From an uncultured Bacteroidota bacterium (GTDB lineage: Bacteria > Bacteroidota > Ignavibacteria > UBA10030 > UBA6906), in NCBI GenBank assembly GCA_963700635.1, contig CAVOYH010000001.1, positions 256,001 through 320,000 on the forward strand: a stretch of DNA of 64,000 bases. The letters are read 5' to 3'. Positions 45,124 to 56,276 of the stretch are shown in pieces; positions within the stretch are counted from its first letter, which is position 1, and every line of letters begins with the position of its first letter. Below the pieces are notes generated by a model. The model was given only the letters and a program-made list of their open reading frames with translations, searched no databases and had not been told where the DNA came from. Both the position numbers and the translations under genes were made by a program.

Positions 45124-46923
45124 ATGCAAAACATTCGAAATTTCTGCATCATAGCACATATCGATCATGGCAAGTCGACCATAGCGGACCGGCTCCTGGA
45201 GCGCACCGGTACGATCACGGCACGCGAAATGAAGTTCAACCAGGTGCTGGATAACATGGAGCTGGAACAGGAACGCGGCATCACGATCAAGCTCCATGCC
45301 GTCCAGATGCACTACCGTGCCCTGGACGATCAGACTTACACGCTGAATCTGATTGACACGCCCGGCCATGTGGATTTTTCGTACGAGGTCTCCCGCTCAC
45401 TTGCGGCCTGTGAAGGCGCCGTTCTTGTCGTTGACGCATCCCAGGGTGTCGAGGCCCAGACGATCAGCAACCTGTACCTTGCCATCGATGCGGGACTCGA
45501 GATTATTCCCGTCATCAACAAGATTGATCTGCCCGGCGCGATGGTCGATGTGGTGAAGCATCAGATCAAAGACCTCATCGGCTGCAAGGACGAAGACATC
45601 ATCATGGCAAGCGCCAAAGCAGACCTGGGCATGTCCGAAATCATGGAACGAGTGGTACGGGATGTTCCCCCTCCCCAGGGAGATCCCGATGCGCCGCTCC
45701 GGGCGCTCATTTTTGACTCGGTATTTGACACCTATCGGGGCTCCATCGTCTACCTCCGGGTATTTGACGGCACTCTGCATGAGGGGGAGAAGATTATGTT
45801 TTTCCATAACGGAAGGACATATGAGGCGGAAGAGGTCGGTGCCCTCGAATTAAAACGCACACGCACAGGCCTGGTGAGTGCCGGGAGTGTTGGATACCTG
45901 ATCGCCGGGGTCAAGGATGTGCATGATACCAAAGTCGGTGATACAGTCACCTCGGCCACTTTTCCCGCTGCATCACCCCTTCCGGGCTACAAAGAGGTCA
46001 AGCCCATGGTCTTCAGCGGCGTCTATCCGACCAATGCAGAAGAATTTGAAGACCTCCGGGCATCCATCGAAAAACTTCAATTAAATGACTCTTCTCTCGT
46101 GTACGAACCTGAGACTTCCACTGCTCTTGGTTTCGGATTCCGGTGTGGTTTCCTGGGCCTGCTCCACATGGAGATTGTCCAGGAACGTCTGGAGCGCGAG
46201 TACGACCAGAACATCATCAATACTGTTCCGAACGTCGAGTACCGGGTCACGCGGACTGACGGCGAGGTTGTTCTGGTTGATAACCCGTCGTTTATGCCCC
46301 CGCTCGGTCAGATTGACAAAGTGGAGGAACCGTTCGTCCGTGCGCAGATTATTCTGCCGACCGAGTACGTGGGCAATATCATGAAATTGTGTATGGACCG
46401 GCGCGGGGTGTACAAGAACACGACCTATCTGGACCCGACGCGCGTGGATCTTCATTATGAAATGCCCCTCTCCGAGATCATCTTTGATTTTTATGACAAG
46501 CTCAAGTCTACCTCAAGGGGCTATGCATCATTCGACTATGAATACCTGGAGTTCCGCGAGTCGGAACTGGTAAAGCTCGAAATACTGCTGAACGGCGAAG
46601 CTGTGGACGCATTTTCCACCATCGTGCACCGCGACAAAGCGCATGAATGGGGGAAAAAGCTCTGTGTGAAGCTTCGGAAGCTTATACCCCGCCAGATGTT
46701 CGAAGTGGCAATTCAGGCCGCCATCGGGTCAAAAGTGGTGGCAAGGGAGACGATTTCAGCCATGCGGAAAAACGTCATCGCCAAATGCTATGGCGGTGAT
46801 ATTTCCAGAAAACGTAAGCTTCTGGAGAAACAGAAAGAGGGGAAGAAACGTATGAAACAGGTAGGCCGTGTGGAGATACCCCAGGAAGCTTTCCTGGCGG
46901 TTCTGTCAATGGAAGACCAATAG
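45124..46923 (+). CDS. lepA: Translation elongation factor 4
   Basis: [68 protein letters not shown]. Confidence 0.98.
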   Translation: MQNIRNFCIIAHIDHGKSTIADRLLERTGTITAREMKFNQVLDNMELEQERGITIKLHAVQMHYRALDDQTYTLNLIDTPGHVDFSYEVSRSLAACEGAVLVVDASQGVEAQTISNLYLAIDAGLEIIPVINKIDLPGAMVDVVKHQIKDLIGCKDEDIIMASAKADLGMSEIMERVVRDVPPPQGDPDAPLRALIFDSVFDTYRGSIVYLRVFDGTLHEGEKIMFFHNGRTYEAEEVGALELKRTRTGLVSAGSVGYLIAGVKDVHDTKVGDTVTSATFPAASPLPGYKEVKPMVFSGVYPTNAEEFEDLRASIEKLQLNDSSLVYEPETSTALGFGFRCGFLGLLHMEIVQERLEREYDQNIINTVPNVEYRVTRTDGEVVLVDNPSFMPPLGQIDKVEEPFVRAQIILPTEYVGNIMKLCMDRRGVYKNTTYLDPTRVDLHYEMPLSEIIFDFYDKLKSTSRGYASFDYEYLEFRESELVKLEILLNGEAVDAFSTIVHRDKAHEWGKKLCVKLRKLIPRQMFEVAIQAAIGSKVVARETISAMRKNVIAKCYGGDISRKRKLLEKQKEGKKRMKQVGRVEIPQEAFLAVLSMEDQ

Positions 46924-46931
46924 GAGAGCGT

Positions 46932-47822
46932 ATGGCAAAAGTACTCCCCCCGACGAAGAAGGAACCGGTCAAGGACTTTTTCAAAGACGTTGTGTTTGTG
47001 CTGGTGGCATTCTTTTTTCTGAACAGCTTTGTCCTGGCTTCGTTTGAAGTGCCGACCGGATCCATGGAAAACGAGATCATGGCCGGTGACTTTCTGTTTG
47101 TCAACAAGTTTATCTACGGTGGTACCACACCCCGGAATATTCCGTTTACGAACGCCCGCCTTCCCTGGTTCCGGCTGCCGGCGTTCCAGGATGTTGAACG
47201 CGGTGATGTAATCGTCTTTGAGTTCCCCGGCCAGCGGGAGGAGGTGGCCTCGCCCGAGTTTATGTTCTATTTGAAGCGGGCAGTGGCACTCTCGGGTGAT
47301 ACCATTGAGATCGTGGACCGAGCATTATACGTCAACGGCAGGCCCGCTCCGATACCCCGGCATATGAAGTTCAACGACTATTCGATAAAGCCCCGGGGAC
47401 TTGCAGAGTACAACATTTTTCCTCCCGGTGCCCCCTATAACGAGGACAACTGGGGTCCCGTGGTGGTGCCGAAAAAAGATGACCTCATCGCACTCTCGGC
47501 TGATAATTTTGAGAAGTGGCGCGTCTTTATCGGACGCGAAGGACATACTGCACTCCTGGATACACATGGTCGGGTGCTGATCGACGGTGCACCGGCAACA
47601 TCATACAAGGTCGAACGTAACTACCTCTTCGGAATGGGGGACAACCGGGATAACAGTCTTGACAGCCGGTTCTGGGGTTTTATTCCGGAAGAAAATATTG
47701 TCGGGACCCCGATGATCGTCTACTGGTCCTGGTCCCCCGATCTTGCCCTGCTTGATCTTTCTTCACTTCCTTCGAAACTGGCTTCAATACGGTTCGGCCG
47801 GATTGGAACACTGATAAAATAG
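46932..47822 (+). CDS. lepB: Signal peptidase I
   Basis: VPTGSME (Ser), GDFLFVNK, RGDVIVF, YLKR (Lys), GDNRDNSLDSRFWG. Confidence 0.95.
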   Translation: MAKVLPPTKKEPVKDFFKDVVFVLVAFFFLNSFVLASFEVPTGSMENEIMAGDFLFVNKFIYGGTTPRNIPFTNARLPWFRLPAFQDVERGDVIVFEFPGQREEVASPEFMFYLKRAVALSGDTIEIVDRALYVNGRPAPIPRHMKFNDYSIKPRGLAEYNIFPPGAPYNEDNWGPVVVPKKDDLIALSADNFEKWRVFIGREGHTALLDTHGRVLIDGAPATSYKVERNYLFGMGDNRDNSLDSRFWGFIPEENIVGTPMIVYWSWSPDLALLDLSSLPSKLASIRFGRIGTLIK

Positions 47823-47835
47823 GCGATCGTACGGT

Positions 47836-48561
47836 ATGAGTCCCGTCGGTGAAAGCCACGCTCCGGCTGTCGATGAACGGCGCGGGCATTGCCGGTCCTG
47901 GTGTTCCGCGGCACTTCTTGGTATTGGTCTCGCCGTTCTCACCGGACTCCTGCTCCGGACGTTTGTTGTCGGGGCTGTCCGGGTTCCCTCCCGTTCCATG
48001 GAAGCGACGATCCTGCCGGGTGATCACGTGCTCGTGAACAAACTCGTGGCCTCGCGCCCCCTGCTGCTTCAGTTTCCGTTTGCGCCACCTCACCCTCTCC
48101 TTGTCACTGTTCCCGGGGTACGCCCTCTGCGTGTTGGAGATGTGCTGGTAATACGCCCTCCCGGCGCAGGGGCACAACAGAGGCTCGGCCGGGATGTATT
48201 TTTTCTCAAGCGGTGTGTCGGGACGCCCGGTGACACCCTTACCTTCCACCGGACCGCCCTCTCCGTAAACGGCCAGAGAGTGATCTTCCCGGCAACCGCG
48301 GTACAACGACAGCGTCCAGGGCTACTCGTGGAATCAGACGTTCCCGTTACGGTGATTGTTCCGCCGGACACATACTACATGCTGGGGGACAACCCGGAAG
48401 ACAGCGCGGACAGCAGAGTCTGGGGACCGGTGCCCTATACATCCATCGTGGGATCGGCTGTGATGATCTACTGGTCGGTCCTCGCAGTGGGAGATGGTGG
48501 ACCGGAGGAAACCGGCTCGCGCTCAGTCCGATGGGATCGAATCGGGGTGATGATTCGATGA
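47836..48561 (+). CDS. Second signal peptidase I paralog
   Basis: VPSRSME, GDHVLVNK, FLKRCVG.PGD, GDNPEDSADSRVWG. Confidence 0.85.
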   Translation: MSPVGESHAPAVDERRGHCRSWCSAALLGIGLAVLTGLLLRTFVVGAVRVPSRSMEATILPGDHVLVNKLVASRPLLLQFPFAPPHPLLVTVPGVRPLRVGDVLVIRPPGAGAQQRLGRDVFFLKRCVGTPGDTLTFHRTALSVNGQRVIFPATAVQRQRPGLLVESDVPVTVIVPPDTYYMLGDNPEDSADSRVWGPVPYTSIVGSAVMIYWSVLAVGDGGPEETGSRSVRWDRIGVMIR

Positions 48562-49739
48562 TGGACTCGCTGACAACGGGCGGGAAGCCCTGGCGGGGTG
48601 GAGTGTATGTCCACATCCCGTTCTGCGAGCGGAAATGTCCGTACTGCGATTTCTTTTCAGTGGAATCCCGCGATCGTGTCGGGGAATACCTGGCTGCCCT
48701 TGAGGAAGAGATCCTGCTGTCGGCTGACGCAGCACGTGGCATGGTGGCTGACACTGTGTACCTCGGCGGGGGCACACCGTCAGTTCTAAGCCTTCCTGAG
48801 TTACACCGTGTTTTTGCATCCCTGGAACGGTGTTGTTCGATCAGCCCGGAAGCTGAGATCACCATTGAAGTAAACCCCGGAACCGTGACACGTCAGTCTC
48901 TTGAAGAAATTCGCACGCTCGGGTGCAACCGGCTGAGCATTGGCGTCCAGTCTTTTGACGATGCAGAGCTTACATTCCTGGGACGTATTCATGATGCCGG
49001 GCAGGCACGGCGGTGTATCATGGATGCCCGCGAGGCAGGATTTGACAACATCAGTATTGATCTTATTGTTTCGCTCCCGGGGCAGAGCGACGAACGGTGT
49101 GAGGCATCCCTGCAGGAAGCCGTACGTTTTGAGCCGGAGCACCTGTCAGTCTATACCCTGATCGTAGAGGATCAGACCCCCCTCGCGCAATGGGTGACGG
49201 AAGGGCGGGTCAGGCCCAATGACGAGAATCGCGAAGCAATGTTATACGAGAAGACGATGGACATTCTGGACCGGGCGGGGTACGAGCACTACGAAGTCTC
49301 GAATTATGCACGGCCCGGCTACCGCAGCAGGCACAATAGTTCCTACTGGAATCACACATCGTACTTTGGCTTTGGCCCGTCTGCCCATTCGTTCCTCTGG
49401 AAGGATCACACGGCGCCTGCCCGGCGATGGGCGAATGTGAGGAGCATCGGTGAGTATTGCGACCGTCTGCGCTCCCCGAACGGCCCGGTCGACCAGGAAG
49501 AAACGCTCAACGCCCGGCAACTCTTTGATGAGGCGGTCTTTCTCGGGTTACGCAGTGATGGCCTCGATCTGGAAATGTTAACTCGTTCGGTAGGAGTGGC
49601 CCTGACCGAGCGGCAGGATGCTACGATCAGGAGTCTCTGTGAAGAAGGTCTGGCCATCCGTCAGGGTGACCGGGTGCGGCTGACGGCACGAGGGTTTGTT
49701 CTGTGCGACGAGATCTGTGCCCGGGTTATGAATCCTTGA
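48558..49739 (+). CDS. hemW: Radical SAM heme chaperone
   Basis: YVHIPFCERKCPYCDF, GGGTPS, SIGVQSF, YEVSNYA, HNSSYW. Confidence 0.92.
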   Translation: MMDSLTTGGKPWRGGVYVHIPFCERKCPYCDFFSVESRDRVGEYLAALEEEILLSADAARGMVADTVYLGGGTPSVLSLPELHRVFASLERCCSISPEAEITIEVNPGTVTRQSLEEIRTLGCNRLSIGVQSFDDAELTFLGRIHDAGQARRCIMDAREAGFDNISIDLIVSLPGQSDERCEASLQEAVRFEPEHLSVYTLIVEDQTPLAQWVTEGRVRPNDENREAMLYEKTMDILDRAGYEHYEVSNYARPGYRSRHNSSYWNHTSYFGFGPSAHSFLWKDHTAPARRWANVRSIGEYCDRLRSPNGPVDQEETLNARQLFDEAVFLGLRSDGLDLEMLTRSVGVALTERQDATIRSLCEEGLAIRQGDRVRLTARGFVLCDEICARVMNP

Positions 49740-49764
49740 ACATGAACGAAGTTTGGGGTATATT
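49736..49764 (+). promoter_or_regulatory. Putative sigma70 promoter of DUF2723-GT4
   Basis: TTGAAC-17 nt-TATATT. Confidence 0.55.
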
Positions 49765-49810
49765 AAGTATTTAGCAGGCCGGAGCAACTCTCCGCAAGAC
49801 TATTACAGGG

Positions 49811-52519
49811 ATGTCCGAGGAAATCATGACCACTTCCACCGTAAACCGTATCATCGCAGCCGTCGTGTTTGTACTCACGTTCGGTGTCTACCTCATGACA
49901 CTGGCTCCGACCGTTGTGTTCTGGGATGTAGGAGAGTTTATTGCCGCGGCGAAGATGATGCAGGTTCCCCATCCGCCGGGATCTCCCCTCTTTCTGCTCG
50001 TGACCCGTGTAGCAATGATGCTCCCGGTCGCCGACGACATGGCGGTCCGCGCGCACATGCTCTCGGCGCTTTTCAGCGGCCTCGGCATCATGTTTCTGTA
50101 TCTGGTTGCGGTCCGTGTGGTCGTGAGTTTCCGGGGTTATCCGGCAGGGATACTGGACCAGGTTACCGTCTTCGGCGGCGCCGCCATCGGAGCTTTTGCC
50201 CTGGCATTCAGTACTTCCTACTGGGCAAACTCCATCGAGGCAGAAGTGTACGGCGCGAGCATGTTCTTTCTCAGCGCCATTCTCTGGCTGGCAATGCGCT
50301 GGCTGGACCGGTCAGAGACCGCCGGGAATGAAAAGTATCTGCTTCTGATCGCCTATCTCATTGGTCTTTCCCTCGGCGTCCATCTCCTTGCCCTCCTGGC
50401 GATCTTCCCGGTCCTCATGATTGTGTATTTCAAGAAATACGAATACACCATTACCAGCTTCATGAAATTCTGGATTGTTGCGGTGATGACCTTCGTCATC
50501 GTCTATCCCCTGATTGTCAAGTACCTCCCCGGGATGATGGATGGCGATTTTATGGGCCGGAAGAGCAATCTGATCGCCTACGTTCCGTGGCTTATCATTG
50601 CGGCCGTGTGTTATGGAGTGTACGCCTCCTACAAGAAAAAACAAAAGCTGCTGCATGTCGGGCTCCTGGCAATGCTCTTGATTTTCATCGGCTATACCAC
50701 CTATGTCCAGGTGGTGATCCGGTCCAATGCGAATCCTCCGATGAACGAGAACGATCCGAGTACTCTTGCCCGGCTCACCGCCTACCTCGGCCGCGAACAG
50801 TATGGTGATGCTCCGCTCTTTATGCCCCGCCGGTACAGTCAGGAACCCCATCAGCAGGGGATCTACACGAACTACTCGGGCGAATGGGATTTTCTCTTCC
50901 GGTATCAGCTTAATCACATGTTCGTGCGGTATCTTTCCTGGAATTTTATAGGCGCGGCAGGAGACGCACAGGATTCCGGAGTGAACTGGAATGTGACGTA
51001 TGGCATTCCCTTCTTCCTCGGCATCATCGGACTCTACGCGCATTTTAAGCGTGACTGGAAGATGGCTCTGGTTTTCCTTGTGGCATTTATTATCCTGGGT
51101 CCGGTGCTGGCTCTCTACCAGAACCAGCAGGAGCCGCAACCAAGGGAACGTGACTATTTCTATGTCGGAGCGTTCTTTGTGTTTGCCCTCTGGATCTCCA
51201 TCGGAATCGTTGCGGTTATCGACTGGATGCGCACGTTAACACCAAAAGAAACCATCCGGTCAGCCTTCACCTACGGCATTATCGGGGTCTCAGCACTTGC
51301 CGTTCCCGGCCGCCTTCTGCACGCCAACTGGACCGATCTCGACCGGTCGGGCAACTATGTGGCCTGGGACTATTCCTACAACATGCTCCAGTCCTGTGAA
51401 CAGGATGCTATTCTCTTTACAAATGGAGACAACGACACATTTCCCCTCTGGTATCTGCAGGATGTCGAAGGAGTGCGGCGCGACGTGCGCATCGTAAACC
51501 TGAGTCTCGTAAATACACCCTGGTACATACGGCAGATGAAGGGCCCGGCATACTATACGGAGGCGAAACCCGTCCCGATAAGTTTGTCGGACAAACAGAT
51601 TGAGAAAATTCAACCGGTAGTCTGGGAACCGCGGCAGCTGGATATTCCCGTGACGCCGGAGGCTATCAGCCGCTACCAGGTGACGGACAGCGCAACAATC
51701 ACATCCGGAAAAATCAGCTTCCTGATGCGAAATACGCTGGAGGTGGGCGGAACCCGCGCAATCCGGATACAGGATCTCCTTGTCCGTGATATCATCTATA
51801 CAAATCAGTGGAAACGGCCGATCTATTTCGCCGTGACATGCGCGCCCGACAGCAAGATCGGTCTTGATGAGTACCTGTGGTTCCATGGTCTTGCGTGGCG
51901 ATTCGAGCCCCGCAAGGTTAATCGTGAAGATCTGGGTCTCAACAAGGAAGTCCTCGAAGAGAATCTCTTCCGTCAACCCGAAGGGTTCTCCACCACCCCG
52001 CAGTACGGGTACAAATTCCGGGGCATTGCGGACCCGGCTGTGCATTATGACGAAAACGCCACACGCCTTATGCTGAATTACCGTTCGGCGTTCATCCGGC
52101 TGGCGATGTATTATATGAATGTCGAGCCCGACGCCAAAAAGGGCGTCGCGGCGCTTGATCAAATGGAACGACTCATTCCCCAGTCAAAAATCCCGATGGG
52201 TTGGGAACTGATGTCGGATCTTGCAAACATCTACCACAGGTTCGGACGGGAAGACCGCTTTAACGAACTTTCCGTAGAGCTTGAACGCGTCGCAAAATCG
52301 CTGATCGCATCCGGCCAGACAAACCTCAACAGCTACTACAATCCGTACAGGGTTTTGCTGGATATCTATGAGACGCGCAATGATCATAGGAGTGCGCTTG
52401 AACTGCTGCAGAGTCTGCAGTCACAGTTCCCGAATGACCCCAATCTGACCCAGCGGATCGAGTTTCTCAAGACACAGATTGCGCTTGAGGGACCGTCAGG
52501 GAAGGACACAACACGGTGA
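49811..52519 (+). CDS. DUF2723 family GT-C-type membrane glycosyltransferase (TMEM260-like) with helical C-terminal region
   Basis: PTV.FWD.GEFI, VPHPPG.P, EAEVY, GVH, YL.REQYG, PRERDYF, GDNDTFPLWY.Q.VEG.R.D. Confidence 0.88.
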   Translation: MSEEIMTTSTVNRIIAAVVFVLTFGVYLMTLAPTVVFWDVGEFIAAAKMMQVPHPPGSPLFLLVTRVAMMLPVADDMAVRAHMLSALFSGLGIMFLYLVAVRVVVSFRGYPAGILDQVTVFGGAAIGAFALAFSTSYWANSIEAEVYGASMFFLSAILWLAMRWLDRSETAGNEKYLLLIAYLIGLSLGVHLLALLAIFPVLMIVYFKKYEYTITSFMKFWIVAVMTFVIVYPLIVKYLPGMMDGDFMGRKSNLIAYVPWLIIAAVCYGVYASYKKKQKLLHVGLLAMLLIFIGYTTYVQVVIRSNANPPMNENDPSTLARLTAYLGREQYGDAPLFMPRRYSQEPHQQGIYTNYSGEWDFLFRYQLNHMFVRYLSWNFIGAAGDAQDSGVNWNVTYGIPFFLGIIGLYAHFKRDWKMALVFLVAFIILGPVLALYQNQQEPQPRERDYFYVGAFFVFALWISIGIVAVIDWMRTLTPKETIRSAFTYGIIGVSALAVPGRLLHANWTDLDRSGNYVAWDYSYNMLQSCEQDAILFTNGDNDTFPLWYLQDVEGVRRDVRIVNLSLVNTPWYIRQMKGPAYYTEAKPVPISLSDKQIEKIQPVVWEPRQLDIPVTPEAISRYQVTDSATITSGKISFLMRNTLEVGGTRAIRIQDLLVRDIIYTNQWKRPIYFAVTCAPDSKIGLDEYLWFHGLAWRFEPRKVNREDLGLNKEVLEENLFRQPEGFSTTPQYGYKFRGIADPAVHYDENATRLMLNYRSAFIRLAMYYMNVEPDAKKGVAALDQMERLIPQSKIPMGWELMSDLANIYHRFGREDRFNELSVELERVAKSLIASGQTNLNSYYNPYRVLLDIYETRNDHRSALELLQSLQSQFPNDPNLTQRIEFLKTQIALEGPSGKDTTR

Positions 52520-52559
52520 TCAAGAACTGCGCTCCCGACGCTGTGTATCGGTGTGGTTG

Positions 52560-53699
52560 ATGCGCATCCTTGTCTTAAACTGGCAGGATATCACCAACCC
52601 GCTCGCAGGAGGGGCGGAAGTCCACCTGCATAACATTTTTTCGCGTATAGCCCGGTTCGGTCACGAGGTAACACTGTTCTGTTCTTCGTACCCGGGCGCA
52701 CCACGCGAGGAACTGCGCGACGGCATACATATTATCCGTCAGGGGGGACGCTCACTGTTCAATTTTCACGTCCCCCTTGCTTATCTCCGGCGATTCCGTG
52801 CTGAACAGTTTGATGTCGTTATCGACGACGTAAACAAGATCCCGTTCCTGACGCCCCTCTATGTGCGTCGCCCGCTTTTCGGTATTGTCCACCATCTCTT
52901 CGGTCGCAGCATTTTCCTTGAAACGAATGCACTTGTAGCGTCGTATGTTCTGGGCATGGAGCATCTCGGACTGCGCATGTATCAGAGAAGCTCCATGCCG
53001 TTTTTTGTGGTTTCTCCCAGCACCGGGAAAGAAATGCAGGAAAAGGGATTCCCGTCCTCCAGACTGCATCTTGTACACAACTGTGTTGATCACGTCGTGC
53101 ACCGCCCGGCTGAACACCGCCGTGCATCCACCCCCATGATCGGCGTATTCGGACGGCTGAAAAGATACAAGTGCGTTGACCATATCCTCCGGGCGATTCC
53201 CGCCGTGGTGCAGCAGATTCCAGAAACAAAAGTGCTGATAATCGGGGATGGTGACGATCGTCCTCGTCTTGAGCGGATCACGCGTGAATTGGGTGTTCAG
53301 CACGCGGTGAGATATACCGGGCATGTTTCAGACGACGTGAAGGTGGATCTGCTCCAGCAGATGTGGTTTGGTGTCACGATGTCCTCGAAGGAGGGGTGGG
53401 GTCTGACGGTGCTCGAAGCGAATGCCTGCGGAACACCGATGATTGCAGCCGATGTGCCGGGTTTGCGGGATGCCATAAAAGACGGAATAACCGGCGTGCT
53501 CACGCCATCGGGCGACAGTGCGGCGCTGGGTGAAAAGATGATTGCCCTGTTGCAGGATACGAACCGCCGCGCGCGCCTGTCAGAAGGTGCGGTCGCCTGG
53601 GCGAGTGAGTTCAACTGGGACCATGCAGCGGAGCAAACCCTTGATATCCTTCAATCGTACGTCCGTTCACGTTCATCCCCCAGCGTGCCAACTCCCTGA
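52560..53699 (+). CDS. Glycosyltransferase family 4
   Basis: MRILVLNWQD..NP.AGGAE, GRLKRYK, EGWGLTVLEANACGTP (EX7E). Confidence 0.92.
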   Translation: MRILVLNWQDITNPLAGGAEVHLHNIFSRIARFGHEVTLFCSSYPGAPREELRDGIHIIRQGGRSLFNFHVPLAYLRRFRAEQFDVVIDDVNKIPFLTPLYVRRPLFGIVHHLFGRSIFLETNALVASYVLGMEHLGLRMYQRSSMPFFVVSPSTGKEMQEKGFPSSRLHLVHNCVDHVVHRPAEHRRASTPMIGVFGRLKRYKCVDHILRAIPAVVQQIPETKVLIIGDGDDRPRLERITRELGVQHAVRYTGHVSDDVKVDLLQQMWFGVTMSSKEGWGLTVLEANACGTPMIAADVPGLRDAIKDGITGVLTPSGDSAALGEKMIALLQDTNRRARLSEGAVAWASEFNWDHAAEQTLDILQSYVRSRSSPSVPTP

Positions 53700-53707
53700 C
53701 ACACTGC

Positions 53708-54187
53708 TTATCGCCTTCTCTGTAATCTCTTCAGAAGCTGGATCTGTCCCGCGTGGTACACATCATGACACGCAATACCGTAAACGAGGGCCTCGATTTT
53801 TACGGTACCCCCCGGAGTCTTCCGCGAAAGGTCCTTCGTAGACAGTTGTGCGACCGCACTCCGCAGGGCCCCGTGAGACTCTTCCAGCAGCCTGAGATCC
53901 TGGCGCCAGAGTTTTTCGGTGAGGTTGGACTCGCGGGGAAACCAGTTGCTTCCCGTCAGTGTGAACGACCCGCGTTTGGCGCCGGTCAGCCGGCGCTGTA
54001 CGGCATATTTCCAGTATGCCGCATGCACGGTGATCTCCCAGATTGAATGCCGTCCAGGATCCGGTCGCCACGCAGCTTCGCCGCTCTTCAGGCCGCGCAG
54101 GGAGCCACGGAGGTTTGGCCCGTGCCATGCCCTGCGATCGTAAGCCTGGTCAAAAATTCTCAGGAGAAGAGCGATCTGTGGTTCCAT
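53708..54187 (-). CDS. DinB/YfiT family protein
   Basis: AWHGP, HSIWEI..H, HDVYHAGQI His triad. GGAGG SD before ATG 54187. Confidence 0.88.
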   Translation of the reverse strand: MEPQIALLLRIFDQAYDRRAWHGPNLRGSLRGLKSGEAAWRPDPGRHSIWEITVHAAYWKYAVQRRLTGAKRGSFTLTGSNWFPRESNLTEKLWRQDLRLLEESHGALRSAVAQLSTKDLSRKTPGGTVKIEALVYGIACHDVYHAGQIQLLKRLQRRR

Positions 54188-54215
54188 AAAGCCTCCGGGG
54201 CGAGAAGAGACGGAG

Positions 54216-56270
54216 TTAGTTTTTGAATTCCCAGGATACGCCAAACCGTATAGAACGATCGAGAGCAGGGGTGAAGGGCGTGGAAAAATACGATGTATTT
54301 GCCAGGTTCTCCCAGAGAAAATGAATGTACGCATCGCCGATCCGCGCAATGAGAACCAGGTCCAGTGTGGAAGCCATGCCTACGGTGACGCGCGTGTTGG
54401 GCAGGGGGAAGAGTGATTCGCCGGACAACGTCGAACCACGGAACGAACTCCGCATGTCTCCCCGTACGCCCGCCTGAAGTTCCAGCGCGCCGTCCAGAAG
54501 CCGGTCCCGAAAATAGATGCCTCCGCGGACCCGGGTGCGGGGAAGCTCATTGACCTCAGTCCCGGAGCCGTCAGTCTGGAGAATGTACGCAGCGGTGCCT
54601 TCGATCAGAACGAATCCGATGTGAAGGTTCAGCGACAACTCTACACTGTGCGTCTGATGCTGATCCCCCTGAGAGAGCAGGACGGCCGGGCGCAACCCGG
54701 TAGTCGCAAAAAAAAGCGCCGAAAATAGTACGGGATTTTTGATCCGGCGAAACACATAGGTCGCACGTGCGCTTCCATCCTTCCCAAAAGCCAACCGGGT
54801 GCCAATTTCCCCCTGTGTATGGCGTTCTTCTTCAAGCGGCTGACTGCGAAACACAGTCGTATCACTCCAGAACGCCTCTGCGTATGTGACCGGACGGGTG
54901 CTGTGGGAGAATCCGCCCATGACAGACACCACATCATTCAACCGGATTGTGAGGTCCGTGCCGAAACCGCTGTGCGTGGTCCCGCGAAAGTGATCCAGGC
55001 GGCCAAAAACGGACCATACGATTCCGGAAGTGACGGCAATTTCGTCCAGCAGCCATCCCGATACCATTGGATTCCGCCGGCTGCCCATCGTAGGGCTTTC
55101 TTGTATTCTCCGCTCTTCCACATGAAATCCACCTGTAAAATTTTGGGCCCCGGCATGAAATCGTTGCCGCATCTGGAGACCGGACCACGTGACCCTGTGG
55201 TTGTGCTGCAGAAATATTCCGTTTGGCTCCAGACGATTCTCCTCGTCCCGGTATTCGCGCAACATGTGAGAAGAATATAATGATATGGAGGTCAGATTTG
55301 TGCTGTCGCCGAAGAAGGATCCCGCAATCTTCAGGGCGAGATCGTGGCGGGTGAGTTTTTCGTAGGCATCGGTGTTCTGAACGATTGCCTGTTGGGGGAG
55401 GAATGCGAGCGCGACCCCCGTCAGATCGAGGTTTATTCCGCCGTTCAGGCCGGTTTGCGTCTGGGTGTAAAGATGGCTCAGGGTGACGTCCCACTGCTGT
55501 CCTGCATGATACCGCACGCTGCTGCGGAAACTCCACTGTTCATGTCCGCTATTGTCAAAGCGTCCTTCCGTGCCCTGATACTGATATCCGAGCGCGACAT
55601 TCACCCGCCGGCTGATATCCTGATTGGCAGATCCATCGCTACAGGCATACTCATATCCTGACTCCGCATAGCGGATCGTTGTGGATGGAATGGTATGTGA
55701 TGCCCGCCGGGTCACGATATTCACGGCACCGCCCACTGCGCCGATGTTGTACAGAAATGCACGGGGGCCGGTGATGACCTCAACACGGTCGGCGATACTC
55801 ACCGGAATCACAGAGAGGTTCAGCATTCCCGTGGATGGATCTGCCGCCGGGATCCCATCGATCGTGAAACTGATACCACGCCAATCCACACCCCGTATGG
55901 TCAGGTGCTGGTATTGCCCGATACTGGATGGGTCGAAGAGATAAACACCGGGAAATCTCTGTATGGCATGTCCGAGGCTCACGGGGGCGAGCCATTCGAG
56001 TTGACCCGCGGTAAGGGACTGAGTGGTATCGGTGATCAGCGCCAGCGATCCCGCCCAGGTGTGCAGATCCCACCGCACAAGCGAATCGGGACGGTGCGCC
56101 AGGGTGGAGTCGGGAGGGATGTTGGTGTTGAGTGGCGCGACGGTTGAGTCTGGATGTCCCCGGCGTTCCTGAGCTGGTCCGGGGTGGACAAGCAGGATGG
56201 TCAGGAGCAGACAGAGCACCGCGTTAGTCCAGACTGGAATTTCCCGCTTACGTCGCCCTTGTTCCATCAT
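54216..56270 (-). CDS. TonB-dependent receptor-like outer membrane protein
   Basis: Plug motifs IRG...IDG.P, RVEVITGPRAFLY...GGAVNIVT. Beta-barrel ending ENL...Y...RFGVSWEF. Confidence 0.82.
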   Translation of the reverse strand: MMEQGRRKREIPVWTNAVLCLLLTILLVHPGPAQERRGHPDSTVAPLNTNIPPDSTLAHRPDSLVRWDLHTWAGSLALITDTTQSLTAGQLEWLAPVSLGHAIQRFPGVYLFDPSSIGQYQHLTIRGVDWRGISFTIDGIPAADPSTGMLNLSVIPVSIADRVEVITGPRAFLYNIGAVGGAVNIVTRRASHTIPSTTIRYAESGYEYACSDGSANQDISRRVNVALGYQYQGTEGRFDNSGHEQWSFRSSVRYHAGQQWDVTLSHLYTQTQTGLNGGINLDLTGVALAFLPQQAIVQNTDAYEKLTRHDLALKIAGSFFGDSTNLTSISLYSSHMLREYRDEENRLEPNGIFLQHNHRVTWSGLQMRQRFHAGAQNFTGGFHVEERRIQESPTMGSRRNPMVSGWLLDEIAVTSGIVWSVFGRLDHFRGTTHSGFGTDLTIRLNDVVSVMGGFSHSTRPVTYAEAFWSDTTVFRSQPLEEERHTQGEIGTRLAFGKDGSARATYVFRRIKNPVLFSALFFATTGLRPAVLLSQGDQHQTHSVELSLNLHIGFVLIEGTAAYILQTDGSGTEVNELPRTRVRGGIYFRDRLLDGALELQAGVRGDMRSSFRGSTLSGESLFPLPNTRVTVGMASTLDLVLIARIGDAYIHFLWENLANTSYFSTPFTPALDRSIRFGVSWEFKN

Positions 56271-56276
56271 GAGTCC

